Source: Eledone cirrhosa (Eukaryota). Taken from it: a DNA stretch of 64,000 nucleotides. The notes beneath the pieces were generated by a model, which was given only the letters and a program-made list of their open reading frames with translations, was not told the origin of the DNA and made no database searches. The stretch spans positions 36,394,001-36,458,000 of the forward strand of contig OZ024758.1 in the NCBI GenBank assembly GCA_964016885.1. The letters are read 5' to 3'. The number at the start of each line of letters is the position of its first letter. Position 1 is the first letter of the stretch. This document shows, piece by piece, positions 63,761 to 64,000 of the stretch. A program made the translations under genes and the position numbers.

Positions 63761-64000
63761 ATGGTATTAGCTGTCAGAAGTAACTCCACTGTTGGTGAGA
63801 ATTCATTTAAGTTCATGGTACTAGCTGTCAGAAGTAACTCCAATGTTGGTGAGAATTCATTTAAGTTCATGGTATTAGCTGTCAGAAGGAACTCCACTGT
63901 TGGTGAGAATTCATTTAAGTTCATGGTATTAGCTGTCAGAAGTAACTCCACTGTTGGTGAGAATTCATTTAAGTTCATGGTATTAGCTGTCAGAAGTAAC

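Larger units (their letters stand above)
1..64000. repeat. Tandem satellite DNA array, 54-bp monomer (53- and 55-bp variants), ~1,190 head-to-tail copies, running off both window ends
   Basis: Consensus GAATTCATTTAAGTTCATGGTATTAGCTGTCAGAAGTAACTCCACTGTTGGTGA recurs every 53-55 bp from position 2 to the end. Monomers typically differ from consensus by 0-3 bases. No non-repeat sequence or strand inversion was seen. The ORF track shows the same 18-aa unit throughout. Confidence 0.99.

Noticed and set aside
72-63978. The many ORFs (60-398 aa) on both strands as protein-coding genes
   Set aside because: All are translations of the same 54-bp unit. Their ends are set by recurrent 1-bp indels or point variants, and they have no unique domains, ribosome-binding-site or splice context, or sign of synonymous bias.
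1-64000. CRISPR array (conserved repeat plus variable segment)
   Set aside because: The variable segment is only ~10 bp of point variants of one sequence, not unique spacers. There is no leader and no cas gene.
1-64000. Rolling-circle or PCR concatemer, or purely random sequencing error
   Set aside because: Variants recur in ordered cassettes, at exact kb-scale offsets and in spatially confined lineages. This fits inherited mutation better than random error or copying of one small circle. Individual duplications could still be misassembled.
1-64000. Telomeric repeat, tRNA/5S/snRNA tandem gene array, or transposon-derived terminal repeats
   Set aside because: There is no G-rich short telomere motif, no cloverleaf or polymerase III box structure I can recognise in a 54-bp unit, and no terminal inverted repeats, LTRs, target-site duplications or transposase/RT sequence.
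1-64000. Canonical CENP-B box or assignment to a named satellite family or species
   Set aside because: The TTCG....A..CGGG motif is absent, and I cannot recognise the family without a database search.

Overview
The whole 64-kb window is one uninterrupted, single-orientation tandem array of a 54-bp satellite-type monomer. The consensus is GAATTCATTTAAGTTCATGGTATTAGCTGTCAGAAGTAACTCCACTGTTGGTGA (20/54 G+C, one EcoRI site, no CpG), with roughly 1,190 copies (64,000 / ~53.8). I see no unique sequence, credible gene, RNA gene, transposon or CRISPR array. All ORFs in the track arise because the monomer is a multiple of 3 and lacks stops in one frame on each strand (MVLAVRSNSTVGENSFKF and MNLNEFSPTVELLLTANT). 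They are broken by recurrent 1-bp indels. The real structure lies in the monomer variants. (i) There is a series of recent, partly nested kb-scale tandem duplications with offsets 5175/5283, 2371, 4144, 2746, 4255/4363, 1349, 1775, 483, 3386, 2206 and 807 bp. (ii) Multi-monomer cassettes recur along the array. (iii) A +1/-1 indel pair preserves the 54-bp period. (iv) Diagnostic variants turn over from left to right, with a subfamily transition near 44.7-46.5 kb. This is most consistent with a eukaryotic heterochromatic or (peri)centromeric satellite array. The organism, satellite family and function cannot be determined from the sequence alone. I cannot support a novel gene system here. Duplication boundaries are approximate and were read by eye.
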